Source of the DNA: Parvibaculales bacterium
Lineage (GTDB): Bacteria > Pseudomonadota > Alphaproteobacteria > RS24
Direction: 5' to 3'
Assembly: GCA_051010295.1 (NCBI GenBank)
Contig: JBPCVS010000016.1
Location: 1-25,903 of the forward strand
Length of the DNA: 25,903 nt
Both the position numbers and the translations under genes were made by a program. This document shows positions 16,823 to 25,141 of the stretch, in pieces (position 1 is the first letter of the stretch; each line of letters opens with the position of its first letter). The notes beneath the pieces are model-generated. The model was given only the letters and a program-made list of their open reading frames with translations. It ran no database searches and was not told the DNA's origin.

Positions 16823-18064
16823 TCAGAAATCTTGCTTGAAATGTTTGGATAATTTTAATCCTTGCGCCTGATAATGCGATTTCAAACCATCACCATAAAG
16901 CTTTTCTGGTGTTTCGGTAAGACGTTCATAAACCAACCGCCCAATAATTTGGCCGTGTTCAACAATAAAGGGCACTTCACGCGAGCGCACTTCCAGCACC
17001 GCATGGGCGCGGCCATCGCCCGCCTTTTGTGCGCCAAGCCCTTCTGCACCAAATCCAGGATCAAAAAACCCCGCATAATGCACACGAAACTCACCCATAA
17101 GAGGGTTAAAAGGTATCATCTCTGCCGCATGGGTGGGCGGAATTGTGACCGCCTCACGCGAGGCCAGAATATAAAATTCATCGGGGTCAAGGATAATCTG
17201 CTGGTCGGCGCGATGATAAATAGGTTCCCAATATTGCCGCACATCAAGGCAATCGGGCGCATCTACATCAATCAATCCCGCATGACGCTTGGCGCGATAG
17301 CCAATAATATCTTTATTATGCGTGCTATCACCAGCCTTGCTAGCTTGTAAATTGATGGAAAGTGCCAGACCATTATCAATATCAGCCTCGCCATCCACCA
17401 GCCCGATTGTGTGTTGCAACTGGCGAATATCATCATCACAGCTGGTTGATGGCCCGCGCCGAAAACGAATTTGCGACAGGCGCGAGCCAGCACGCACTAA
17501 TATCGGGAAAGTGCGCGGCGTTACTTCCAAATAAAGCGCGCCCTTATATCCGCCACACACTGTATCAAAGGCTGTGCCGAAATCGGTAATCACGCGTGTA
17601 AATACATCAATTCGGCCAGTTGAGCTTTTGGGGTTAGCAAAAGCGGTAATGCGTTCGGGTAGATTGAGCGATTCTAGCAGTGGCACCAAATAAACGCATC
17701 CGGTTTCTAACACCGCGCCCTCGCGCAAATCAATCTCGTGATAGGTTAGTAATTTCAATTTTTCTTGCACAGTGGCTTTAGCCCCGGGCAGAAAGCTGGC
17801 GCGGATGCGATAAGCCGTGCGCCCCAATCGTAAGTCAAGACTGGCTGGTTGTATCTGCTCGGCAACAATCGGCTCATTTGACAAAATTTGTTTTTCGCGC
17901 ACCATATTGACAATGCCGTGCGCGGGCAAAATGCCTGCTACATGGCCAGCCGCATGCTCTGCGCTGGCGGCGGTGGCCGTGCTGGTGGATTGGGATGTTT
18001 TTTCTGCTTCTCCCAGCCCGTTTTTGTCGAAAGACAAATTTGATAATGGCGCGTCTGCTGGCAT
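16823..18064 (-). CDS. dcd: 2'-deoxycytidine 5'-triphosphate deaminase (two-domain alphaproteobacterial type)
   Basis: Motifs QIQPASLDLRLG, NPKSSTGRIDVFTR, EFRVHYAGFFDPGFG and YQAQGLKLSKHF; aaggag SD upstream of ATG 18064. Confidence 0.9.
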   Translation of the reverse strand: MPADAPLSNLSFDKNGLGEAEKTSQSTSTATAASAEHAAGHVAGILPAHGIVNMVREKQILSNEPIVAEQIQPASLDLRLGRTAYRIRASFLPGAKATVQEKLKLLTYHEIDLREGAVLETGCVYLVPLLESLNLPERITAFANPKSSTGRIDVFTRVITDFGTAFDTVCGGYKGALYLEVTPRTFPILVRAGSRLSQIRFRRGPSTSCDDDIRQLQHTIGLVDGEADIDNGLALSINLQASKAGDSTHNKDIIGYRAKRHAGLIDVDAPDCLDVRQYWEPIYHRADQQIILDPDEFYILASREAVTIPPTHAAEMIPFNPLMGEFRVHYAGFFDPGFGAEGLGAQKAGDGRAHAVLEVRSREVPFIVEHGQIIGRLVYERLTETPEKLYGDGLKSHYQAQGLKLSKHFKQDF

Positions 18065-18170
18065 AATAAATCTCCTTCTACCTACCTACTACATACGAAG
18101 CGCAATAGCATGACACTAATATGATTCTTTAACAGATTTCCCCAACAACCGCACAAGTATCGCAAATCCT

Positions 18171-19664
18171 TTACTTTATTTTATTGGGCCTGTGTGTGCC
18201 TGTATGTGGTTTGTGTGGTGTTTTTATCCATTTTAGGTTGCCGGTTGCGATGCGCCAGCAGGCGCGGGCAAAAGCAGGGTTAGTCATCAGCCAATAAAAA
18301 GGCGTTGTGAACACAATAAATAAGCGGTGTCGGATAGGAAAATCACGCAATAGCCGCATATTGACAACAAAGATGCCAACATAAACGCCTAATGCGATAT
18401 ATATAAAAATGGTTGAAGAATGCCATGGACGAATCCCCAAAACAGCACATAAGGTAAGCACTCCACAGCACATGGTGAGAACACCACTGAGCAAACGACA
18501 CAATAAAATACTTATCATTGATAGGGTGGCCAGCAAGCCACGCCTGATTATCCAATCATCAAACACAAAGCCATGTGTGCCCAATGTTTGAATATGCCCA
18601 CTCAACCAACGGGTGCGCTGGTGCATCCATATTTTTACACTATGGGGTGCATTCTCAAAAGTTGGCACATCAATCATGGCTATTTTATAGCCCTCCAATG
18701 CCAGCCTTAGGCCAATATCAGCATCTTCGGTTAAATTCCATGGGTCCCAGCCACCAATGGCGCGCAATATGCTGGTTTTGAAATGATTAGAGGTGCCACC
18801 CAATGGAATTGGCATATTAAACATACATAAAACGGGTAAAATAACCCCAAAGAGCTGTCTATATTCTAACAGAAAATGGCTTTCTAGCCAGCCATGATGG
18901 TTGGGCAAAATACATAAGGGCGATTGCAGGCAAGCAAGCTTGTCAGTGTCTGTCTCAAAGCGGGCAATGGCGGCACGTAATTGTTGGGGATGGGGAATAT
19001 CTTCAGCATCATAAATTACCAAAAACGCACCGCGTGCTTGTTTTAGACCATAATTACACGCACGTGGCTTATTGCGTAGCACCCCATCAGGCACCACCAA
19101 CAAATTTGTGCCAGCTGGCCAGTTAATCGCCTGTGCCGCCTGATAGGTGCGCTTATCATCGCTTTCTAACAAAATAATAATATCCAATCGGTCGGATGGA
19201 TAATCAAGGGCGGCCAGACCTTTGGCCATTTGTGACAGCATATTGGCTTCCCGATAGACTGGCACTAAAATAGAATAAATTGGCAAATCATGATGTGCGT
19301 CATCTATCGTGCTTTTATCTATTGTGCCCCAAGCAATGATTGGGGTTTCCAGTGTCAGTAAGAGGGGCAATACACCAAAAAAATGCACACCCCAGAGGCA
19401 TATCAGAAAGCTGTCAAACACATCAATTAAGCCCGCACCCAAAAACACCAACCCAAAAACAAGAACAACCAAAAAAGCGGGCAAAAAATGAGGCTGTTCC
19501 ATGTTGTTATGGTGCCTATGAGAAGCACCCGCAGGCAAATAAGCCATCGCGCTTTCTTCTAGAGTATCAGGGACTTGTGAATCATCATGCGAATTATCAT
19601 CTGAAAAATCCCATCCATCGGTTCCCCTATCAGAGAACCTATCTCTGTCTTCATCCTCACCCAT
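18171..19664 (-). CDS. Membrane GT2 glycosyltransferase, copy 2 (canonical QRTRW)
   Basis: Same motifs as copy 1; intact QxxRW (TGG at 18608-18606). Confidence 0.92.
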   Translation of the reverse strand: MGEDEDRDRFSDRGTDGWDFSDDNSHDDSQVPDTLEESAMAYLPAGASHRHHNNMEQPHFLPAFLVVLVFGLVFLGAGLIDVFDSFLICLWGVHFFGVLPLLLTLETPIIAWGTIDKSTIDDAHHDLPIYSILVPVYREANMLSQMAKGLAALDYPSDRLDIIILLESDDKRTYQAAQAINWPAGTNLLVVPDGVLRNKPRACNYGLKQARGAFLVIYDAEDIPHPQQLRAAIARFETDTDKLACLQSPLCILPNHHGWLESHFLLEYRQLFGVILPVLCMFNMPIPLGGTSNHFKTSILRAIGGWDPWNLTEDADIGLRLALEGYKIAMIDVPTFENAPHSVKIWMHQRTRWLSGHIQTLGTHGFVFDDWIIRRGLLATLSMISILLCRLLSGVLTMCCGVLTLCAVLGIRPWHSSTIFIYIALGVYVGIFVVNMRLLRDFPIRHRLFIVFTTPFYWLMTNPAFARACWRIATGNLKWIKTPHKPHTGTHRPNKIK

Positions 19665-19715
19665 AAACCAACTCTGACAGGGCAGGCAAAATAATGCCAG
19701 AAGCCAGAAGCTACA

Positions 19716-19820
19716 TTATAAAATAACGGCAATAAATGCGCACCCCAGTGTGGAGAAGTAAATAAAACGCAACCCAAACAACAAAAACAACAAAAGAAAA
19801 AATGTGGATAAAGCATGCAT
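19716..19820 (-). CDS. Putative 34-aa hydrophobic small protein (copy 2)
   Basis: MHALSTFFLLLFLLFGLRFIYFSTLGCAFIAVIL*, in frame with GT2 copy 2. Confidence 0.45.
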   Translation of the reverse strand: MHALSTFFLLLFLLFGLRFIYFSTLGCAFIAVIL

Positions 19821-20000
19821 AACATTAAAATATATGAAATTATCTAAGCTACATTAGAAAAAATAGATTTTAAGCAATCTAGCGTTGCCGTCTAAAGGCT
19901 GATACAATGCCGCCATGTTTCGCTCGTGTTATGCAATCATTATTTACAAAATTATCGCTATTGCCCTTATTGTTCGCTCGCATTTTGTGCGTGGTGCGTG

Positions 20001-21056
20001 ATGGCCAATTTTTATCGTGCCATACGTCCGCTTTTATTTGCTCTGCCGCCAGAGGGTGCGCATCGGCTTGCATTGCTGGCGTTAAAAAGCCTGAATATGG
20101 CAGTGGGCTATGCTGAGGGTGAAGACCATTTGCTAAAACAACAAATTTGGGGGCGGCATTTTGCCAATCCATTTGGCATGGCGGCTGGGTTTGACAAAAA
20201 TGGCGAAACCATTGGCGGTGTTTTGAAGCTGGGTTTTGGCTTTACTGAAATCGGCACTTTGACTCCTTTGCCCCAAGCTGGCAATGCGCGGCCACGCCTC
20301 TATCGTCTGCCACAATATGGGGCAATCATAAATCGGCTCGGCTTTAATAATAAAGGTCAGATTGAGGCACTCCATAGATTATCAGTTTTTCGGGCGCGTT
20401 CATCGGGGCATCGCCGCCTTATTGGGGTTAATATCGGGGCGAATAAGCAAAGCCCTGATTGGTTTGCGGATTATGAAATTGGCGCGGCGCGTTTTGCGGT
20501 AATGGCAGATTATCTTACAGTCAATATCTCTTCGCCCAACACGCCGAATTTGCGTGATTTACAGGCGCAAGACCCGATTGATATTTTGATGAAAAAAGTG
20601 CGTATGGCCGCCCCCGCCACGCCGATTTTGATTAAGCTTGCGCCAGATTTGTCGCCTGATGAAGCTTGCGCGATTGCTGAGTTGGCTGTTGTTAACAAAA
20701 TTGATGGTTTGATTGTGTCTAACACCACCACCAGCCGCGCTGGTGTGAATGGGCATAAATTTGCAGCGCAAACAGGCGGCTTATCTGGGCAACCGCTTTT
20801 TGATAAATCCACTTCTTTGCTGGCCGAAATTTATCGCACCAGTCAAAATAAACTTACATTGATTGGTGTTGGTGGTGTGGCCACGCCAGAGCAAGCCTAT
20901 GAAAAAATTTGTGCTGGTGCGAGTTTGGTGCAACTTTATACTGCATTGATATATCAAGGGCCTGCTTTGGTAGGGCAGTTGCGGCGTGGGCTGGCCGATT
21001 TGTTGCGCCGTGATGGTCATCGTTCAATCAGCACCGCCATTGGGAGCAAAATTTGA
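20001..21056 (+). CDS. pyrD: Dihydroorotate dehydrogenase (quinone), class 2
   Basis: Motifs AAGFDKNG, GFGFTEIGT, INRLGFNN, NISSPNTP (catalytic Ser), KLAPD, SNTT and GGLSG. Start moved from 19926 to ATG 20001. Confidence 0.95.
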   Translation: MANFYRAIRPLLFALPPEGAHRLALLALKSLNMAVGYAEGEDHLLKQQIWGRHFANPFGMAAGFDKNGETIGGVLKLGFGFTEIGTLTPLPQAGNARPRLYRLPQYGAIINRLGFNNKGQIEALHRLSVFRARSSGHRRLIGVNIGANKQSPDWFADYEIGAARFAVMADYLTVNISSPNTPNLRDLQAQDPIDILMKKVRMAAPATPILIKLAPDLSPDEACAIAELAVVNKIDGLIVSNTTTSRAGVNGHKFAAQTGGLSGQPLFDKSTSLLAEIYRTSQNKLTLIGVGGVATPEQAYEKICAGASLVQLYTALIYQGPALVGQLRRGLADLLRRDGHRSISTAIGSKI

Positions 21057-21058
21057 AA

Positions 21059-21406
21059 ATGCGTGTAATACTTTACCATAATCCGCGATGTTCAAAATCG
21101 CGCCGCGCATTGGAGCTTATTCGCGCCGCTGGATATGAGCCCATTATTATAGATTATTTGAAAACCCCGCTTGATGTTGGTGGGTTGGCGGATTTACACA
21201 AGAAATTGGCGGTGCCAGTGCGCGATATGATGCGGCACGGCGAGGCCATATATAAAACCCTCAATTTGGCGGCGGAAGAAAGTGAGACAGCATTGCTGGC
21301 GGCGATGGCCGCGCATCCGATTTTATTGGAACGTCCAGTGATTGTAACGGATAAGGGCGCGCTTATTGGTCGCCCGCCAGAAAAGCTGCATGATATTTTG
21401 ACCTGA
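21059..21406 (+). CDS. arsC: Arsenate reductase (glutaredoxin-dependent ArsC family)
   Basis: HNPRCSKSR active-site motif and HPILLERPVI. Start is ATG 21059 or TTG 21053. Confidence 0.85.
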   Translation: MRVILYHNPRCSKSRRALELIRAAGYEPIIIDYLKTPLDVGGLADLHKKLAVPVRDMMRHGEAIYKTLNLAAEESETALLAAMAAHPILLERPVIVTDKGALIGRPPEKLHDILT

Positions 21407-21496
21407 ATATGAATTTTTGAATATGAATTTGCTTCTTGGTCGCTTTTCGCTATTATTTTTGGAGGGTATTGGGGGTTAAAAGTTAGGGAGAATAAA

Positions 21497-22525
21497 ATGC
21501 AGTCTTTTATCATCTGGATTATGAAAAATATGCCCAATTTTATATTGCGGCTACTGGCGGGCAAGCCGCTGGATATTGATGGCAACCGACTGGATGTGAA
21601 TATGCAGATTGTTGCCAATATGGCGGCGCGCAACGCGCCTGAGGCGGGCGAATTTCCGCCATTGGATGAGTTGCGGGCATCAATGGCCGAGCTGAAACCG
21701 CTTGATGCTTCGCGCCGTGCGGGTGTGCAGTCGGTGGATAGGCATTTTTCGGCCTCTGTTGGTGATATAAAAGTGCGTATTTATACCCCCCATAATTGCC
21801 CTGATTTAGCCCCTGCAATTTTGTTTTTTCACCAAGGCGGATTGGTGGTTATGGATTTGGATAGCGATGACACATTTTGCTCTGTTATGGCTGATGAAGC
21901 CAAAGCGCGGGTCATATCTTTGGATTATCGGTTGTGTCCAGAGCATGCGTTTCCTGCCGCCATTGATGACGCGTTGGCACTTTGGGATTATGTGCAAAGC
22001 CATGCGGCTGAATTGGGCATTGCGTCTGCACGCATTGCGCTGGCGGGGGATAGTGCGGGCGGTTTGATAAGTGCGGTGCTGGCACAAGAAATCCGCGATA
22101 GGGGCGGGGTGCAACCTGCCGCGCAATTATTGGTTTATCCATGGGTGGCAACGCAAATGGAAGAGCAGGGTTCGGTGGTGAGTTGTGCCGAAACTTTTCC
22201 GCTCAACCGTGCGACAATGGATTTTTTCAACGCGCAAGTGTTTCCTGATGATAAAAATACCGACCATAAATGGGCAAATCCATTGCATAATGACAATTTG
22301 GAAAATTTGCCGCCAGCGATTGTGGCAACGGCGGGGTTTGACCCTATTCGCGACCAAGGCAATGCTTATGCGCAAGCCATAAAAGCGGCTGGTAATCGGG
22401 TGACGCACCATTGCTTTGGCAGTTTAACGCATAGTTTTTTGATTTTCGGCAATGTGTCCCACACGGCACAACGCGCCAGTGTTCAACTGGCACGTGAGTT
22501 GGCTGAATTGCTAAAAACTGATTAG
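21497..22525 (+). CDS. Alpha/beta hydrolase, HSL-family esterase/lipase
   Basis: DYRLCPEH, GDSAGG nucleophile motif, DPIRD and H..L..G. The oxyanion motif reads HQGG. Confidence 0.9.
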   Translation: MQSFIIWIMKNMPNFILRLLAGKPLDIDGNRLDVNMQIVANMAARNAPEAGEFPPLDELRASMAELKPLDASRRAGVQSVDRHFSASVGDIKVRIYTPHNCPDLAPAILFFHQGGLVVMDLDSDDTFCSVMADEAKARVISLDYRLCPEHAFPAAIDDALALWDYVQSHAAELGIASARIALAGDSAGGLISAVLAQEIRDRGGVQPAAQLLVYPWVATQMEEQGSVVSCAETFPLNRATMDFFNAQVFPDDKNTDHKWANPLHNDNLENLPPAIVATAGFDPIRDQGNAYAQAIKAAGNRVTHHCFGSLTHSFLIFGNVSHTAQRASVQLARELAELLKTD

Positions 22526-23268
22526 CCCAATGTTGCCAGTGCTGGAAACCAATCAAGCAAATAGCCCGCCAATAATTGCAATCTATTAAGCATAATCATC
22601 AGGCCGGTTATGATGAGCAACCCGCCCGCCACGCGTTCTATCAGCCCGATATGTTTTTTAAGTTTTTGGCTGGCAACCATAAAATGCCCCACGCCTAAGG
22701 CCGCCAAAATAAACGGCAAGCCAAGCCCCATAGCATAAAATGTCAATAGCCCAACCCCCTCGCCAAAACTTTCGCGCCCTGCCGCCAGTGCTAAAATTGT
22801 GGCCAATATCGGCCCGATACAAGGTGTCCAGCCAAAAGCAAAAGCCAGCCCCATAATATAAGATGTTACAAAATTAGCCGATTGTGTGCCGCCAACCCCC
22901 AACAAACGCGCTTCACGTTCCAAAAAAGGCAGGCGGATAATATGTGCCATGTGCAAGCCCAATAGAATAATGACACCCCCCGCAATTTGGCTGAGAATTT
23001 GTTGGTGCGCCAGCAATAGCGGGTTGATGGCCGCCGCCCCTGCACCAAGCAAAATAAAAATAGTTGAAAAGCCCGCCACAAAAGCCAACACACCGCGCAA
23101 AATGGCGCGTCTGGCGCGGCTTTGTTGTTGCAATGCGGCAAGCTCGCTAAATTGCAATCCAGCGGCAAAGCACAAATAGCCCGGCACAAGCGGCAACACA
23201 CAGGGTGACAAAAAACTCAGCGCACCGCCGCCAAAAGCGACCAAAGCCGATGCCAAAAAACTATCCAT
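22522..23268 (-). CDS. ccdA: Cytochrome c biogenesis protein CcdA (DsbD TM domain family)
   Basis: Redox Cys motifs SFLSPCVLPLVPGYL and FGWTPCIGPIL; multiple TMs. Confidence 0.9.
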   Translation of the reverse strand: MDSFLASALVAFGGGALSFLSPCVLPLVPGYLCFAAGLQFSELAALQQQSRARRAILRGVLAFVAGFSTIFILLGAGAAAINPLLLAHQQILSQIAGGVIILLGLHMAHIIRLPFLEREARLLGVGGTQSANFVTSYIMGLAFAFGWTPCIGPILATILALAAGRESFGEGVGLLTFYAMGLGLPFILAALGVGHFMVASQKLKKHIGLIERVAGGLLIITGLMIMLNRLQLLAGYLLDWFPALATLG

Positions 23269-23286
23269 TATTTCTCCTTAGCATTT

Positions 23287-24051
23287 TTATTTGCGTCTAA
23301 ACACCAGCGCGCCGCCCCAGCCCATAAATCCAGCAATCATAACCCCAACAAGACCATAAATAAGCGGATTTTCATGGGCGGCTTGGTGTAATATATGGCC
23401 AGCACCCACAATATCTACCGGCAATTCTCCCGTTTGATAGCCGACCAACCGCCCCCGCCGAAAAGCAAAAAATTCGGTAACATAAGTGCCGACAGGCATG
23501 CCAGAGGGTAAATCAATCTCAGCCCGAAATAGCCGATTATTCAAAATTGTAACGCCTTGTTCATTGGCGGAATATAATCCCGCACGGTGTCTGAGCCGAA
23601 TAAAACCATCTAGCACTTCTTTTTGTGGCATATTTTGCAAATTGGTAGATAAATAACGCGGTAACAAAGCGTGTTTTTTTTGTTCCCCAGCAGGGGCAAT
23701 TCGGTCAAGTGCGCGTGAGCTACTCATAGCAAAAAAGCTGGGCAATGGCCCTAGCAAAAAACTATCGCTATTGATCCAAATGCCGAAATGTTTTTGCTTG
23801 CGGCGCACCATAAAATCTTCGGCGGGGCTGCGCAGCACCACAACAATATCGGTCGCAACATTGCTATCAGCTGCGTCAATCGCACCGAATAAGAGCAATT
23901 TTTCGCCGCTAAAGTTGGATTGAATGGTGATATGGTCTTTTGATAAATCGGCAATGAGTGCGCCATCACCGCGTGTTGTGGCAGGAAAAAGCATGATGCC
24001 TAAGGCGAAAAATGTTAAAAATTTTGTGGACTTATTTATCTGGTTTCTCAT
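23287..24051 (-). CDS. TIGR02186-family conserved protein
   Basis: Signal peptide; I.I.SNFSGEKLLLFGAID, VRRK...GIWIN and LFRAEIDLP; C-terminal TM; coupled to the TauE gene, as is typical. Confidence 0.8.
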   Translation of the reverse strand: MRNQINKSTKFLTFFALGIMLFPATTRGDGALIADLSKDHITIQSNFSGEKLLLFGAIDAADSNVATDIVVVLRSPAEDFMVRRKQKHFGIWINSDSFLLGPLPSFFAMSSSRALDRIAPAGEQKKHALLPRYLSTNLQNMPQKEVLDGFIRLRHRAGLYSANEQGVTILNNRLFRAEIDLPSGMPVGTYVTEFFAFRRGRLVGYQTGELPVDIVGAGHILHQAAHENPLIYGLVGVMIAGFMGWGGALVFRRK

Positions 24052-24974
24052 TTGCCTAGCCCCAATCGCGTGAGTGAATAAAGCTCATCTGGCATTAGCA
24101 CAAGGTCAAGCAATAGGCGCATACCAACGCCTAGCACAATAAGTGCTAGCAAAGCGCGCAACTGCTCACCGGGCAATTTTTGCCCCACCCGCGCCCCAAT
24201 TTGCGCGCCCAGCACACCCCCAATCATCAACAAAACAGCCAGCACAATATCAACCGTCTGATTTTCTACCGCATGCAAAATGGTAACAGATGCGGTTACA
24301 AAAATAATCTGAAACAAAGATGTGCCAATCACCACATTGGTTGGCATTCGCAAAATATAAATCATGGCTGGCACCATAATAAAGCCCCCACCCACACCCA
24401 TAATAGCGGCCATCACGCCAACAAAAAAACCAATAAAAAGCGGTGGGATAATGCTGATATAAAGTTTTGATTGGCGAAAGCGCATCCGCAGGGGCAAGCC
24501 TTGCACCCAGCTATGTTGGCCGGGCCGCCTTGCGCGGAGGGGTTGGCCACGTCGCCGTGCCATAATAGCATGCAGGCTTTCGCGCAACATCAACGCGCCA
24601 ATAATGCTCAAAAATAGCACATAGCTGGCCGATACAAGCAAATCAACTTGGCCACGTTCGCGCAAAAGTTTGAATAATTGCACACCAGCATAAGAGCCCA
24701 CCAAGCCGCCCGCCATCAAAACCAGCCCCATGCGAATATCAATAGCGCGCCTTTGCCAATGCGCTAACCCACCAGAAATTGACGAAGCGACAATTTGGTT
24801 GGCTTCGGTGGCCACTGCCACTGCTGGTGAGATACCGATGAAAATTAATAAAGGTGTCATTAAAAAGCCGCCGCCGACACCAAACATGCCCGACATAAAG
24901 CCAACAAGCCCCCCCATCCCTATCAGCGTAAGGATATTGGCACTAATCTCGGCAATGGGCAGGTAAATCTGCAT
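24048..24974 (-). CDS. Sulfite exporter TauE/SafE family membrane protein
   Basis: MQIYLPIAE start and duplicated GMFGVGGGFLMTP / AIMGVGGGFIMVP motifs. ATG 24974 preferred to GTG 24992. Confidence 0.88.
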   Translation of the reverse strand: MQIYLPIAEISANILTLIGMGGLVGFMSGMFGVGGGFLMTPLLIFIGISPAVAVATEANQIVASSISGGLAHWQRRAIDIRMGLVLMAGGLVGSYAGVQLFKLLRERGQVDLLVSASYVLFLSIIGALMLRESLHAIMARRRGQPLRARRPGQHSWVQGLPLRMRFRQSKLYISIIPPLFIGFFVGVMAAIMGVGGGFIMVPAMIYILRMPTNVVIGTSLFQIIFVTASVTILHAVENQTVDIVLAVLLMIGGVLGAQIGARVGQKLPGEQLRALLALIVLGVGMRLLLDLVLMPDELYSLTRLGLGK

Positions 24975-25141
24975 TGATGGCGCAACTTTCACGGGGTTAA
25001 AACCCCGCCAGAGCTAGCACATTTTGACGGCTTTTAGCAAATGGGCGTTTATTTTTTAATTCGCCTCTGGGTTAATTTGCGGGTAGCGATTGATTTTTTA
25101 TCCAAGCATGGCATGATGTAAGAAATGAGCAGGGCAGGTTT

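Larger units (their letters stand above)
18164..19830 (-). repeat. Right arm of ~1.67-kb inverted repeat
   Basis: Reverse complement of 13935-15603. Confidence 0.95.

Noticed and set aside
13935-19830. Composite transposon or IS pair
   Set aside because: The arms encode a GT2, not a transposase; no terminal inverted repeats or target-site duplication were recognised.
13935-19830. Simple amplification (MDA) fold-back chimera
   Set aside because: A fold-back would give near-identical arms, whereas these differ at many mostly synonymous sites plus indels. Strain co-assembly is still possible.
19879-20172. ORFs 19879-20172 (-), 19907-20116 (+) and the pyrD extension from 19926
   Set aside because: They overlap pyrD and have no family motifs; pyrD similarity starts near ATG 20001.
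21059-21406. arsC plus terB as a metalloid-resistance island
   Set aside because: No arsR, arsB, acr3 or other ter genes, and both are common stand-alone genes.
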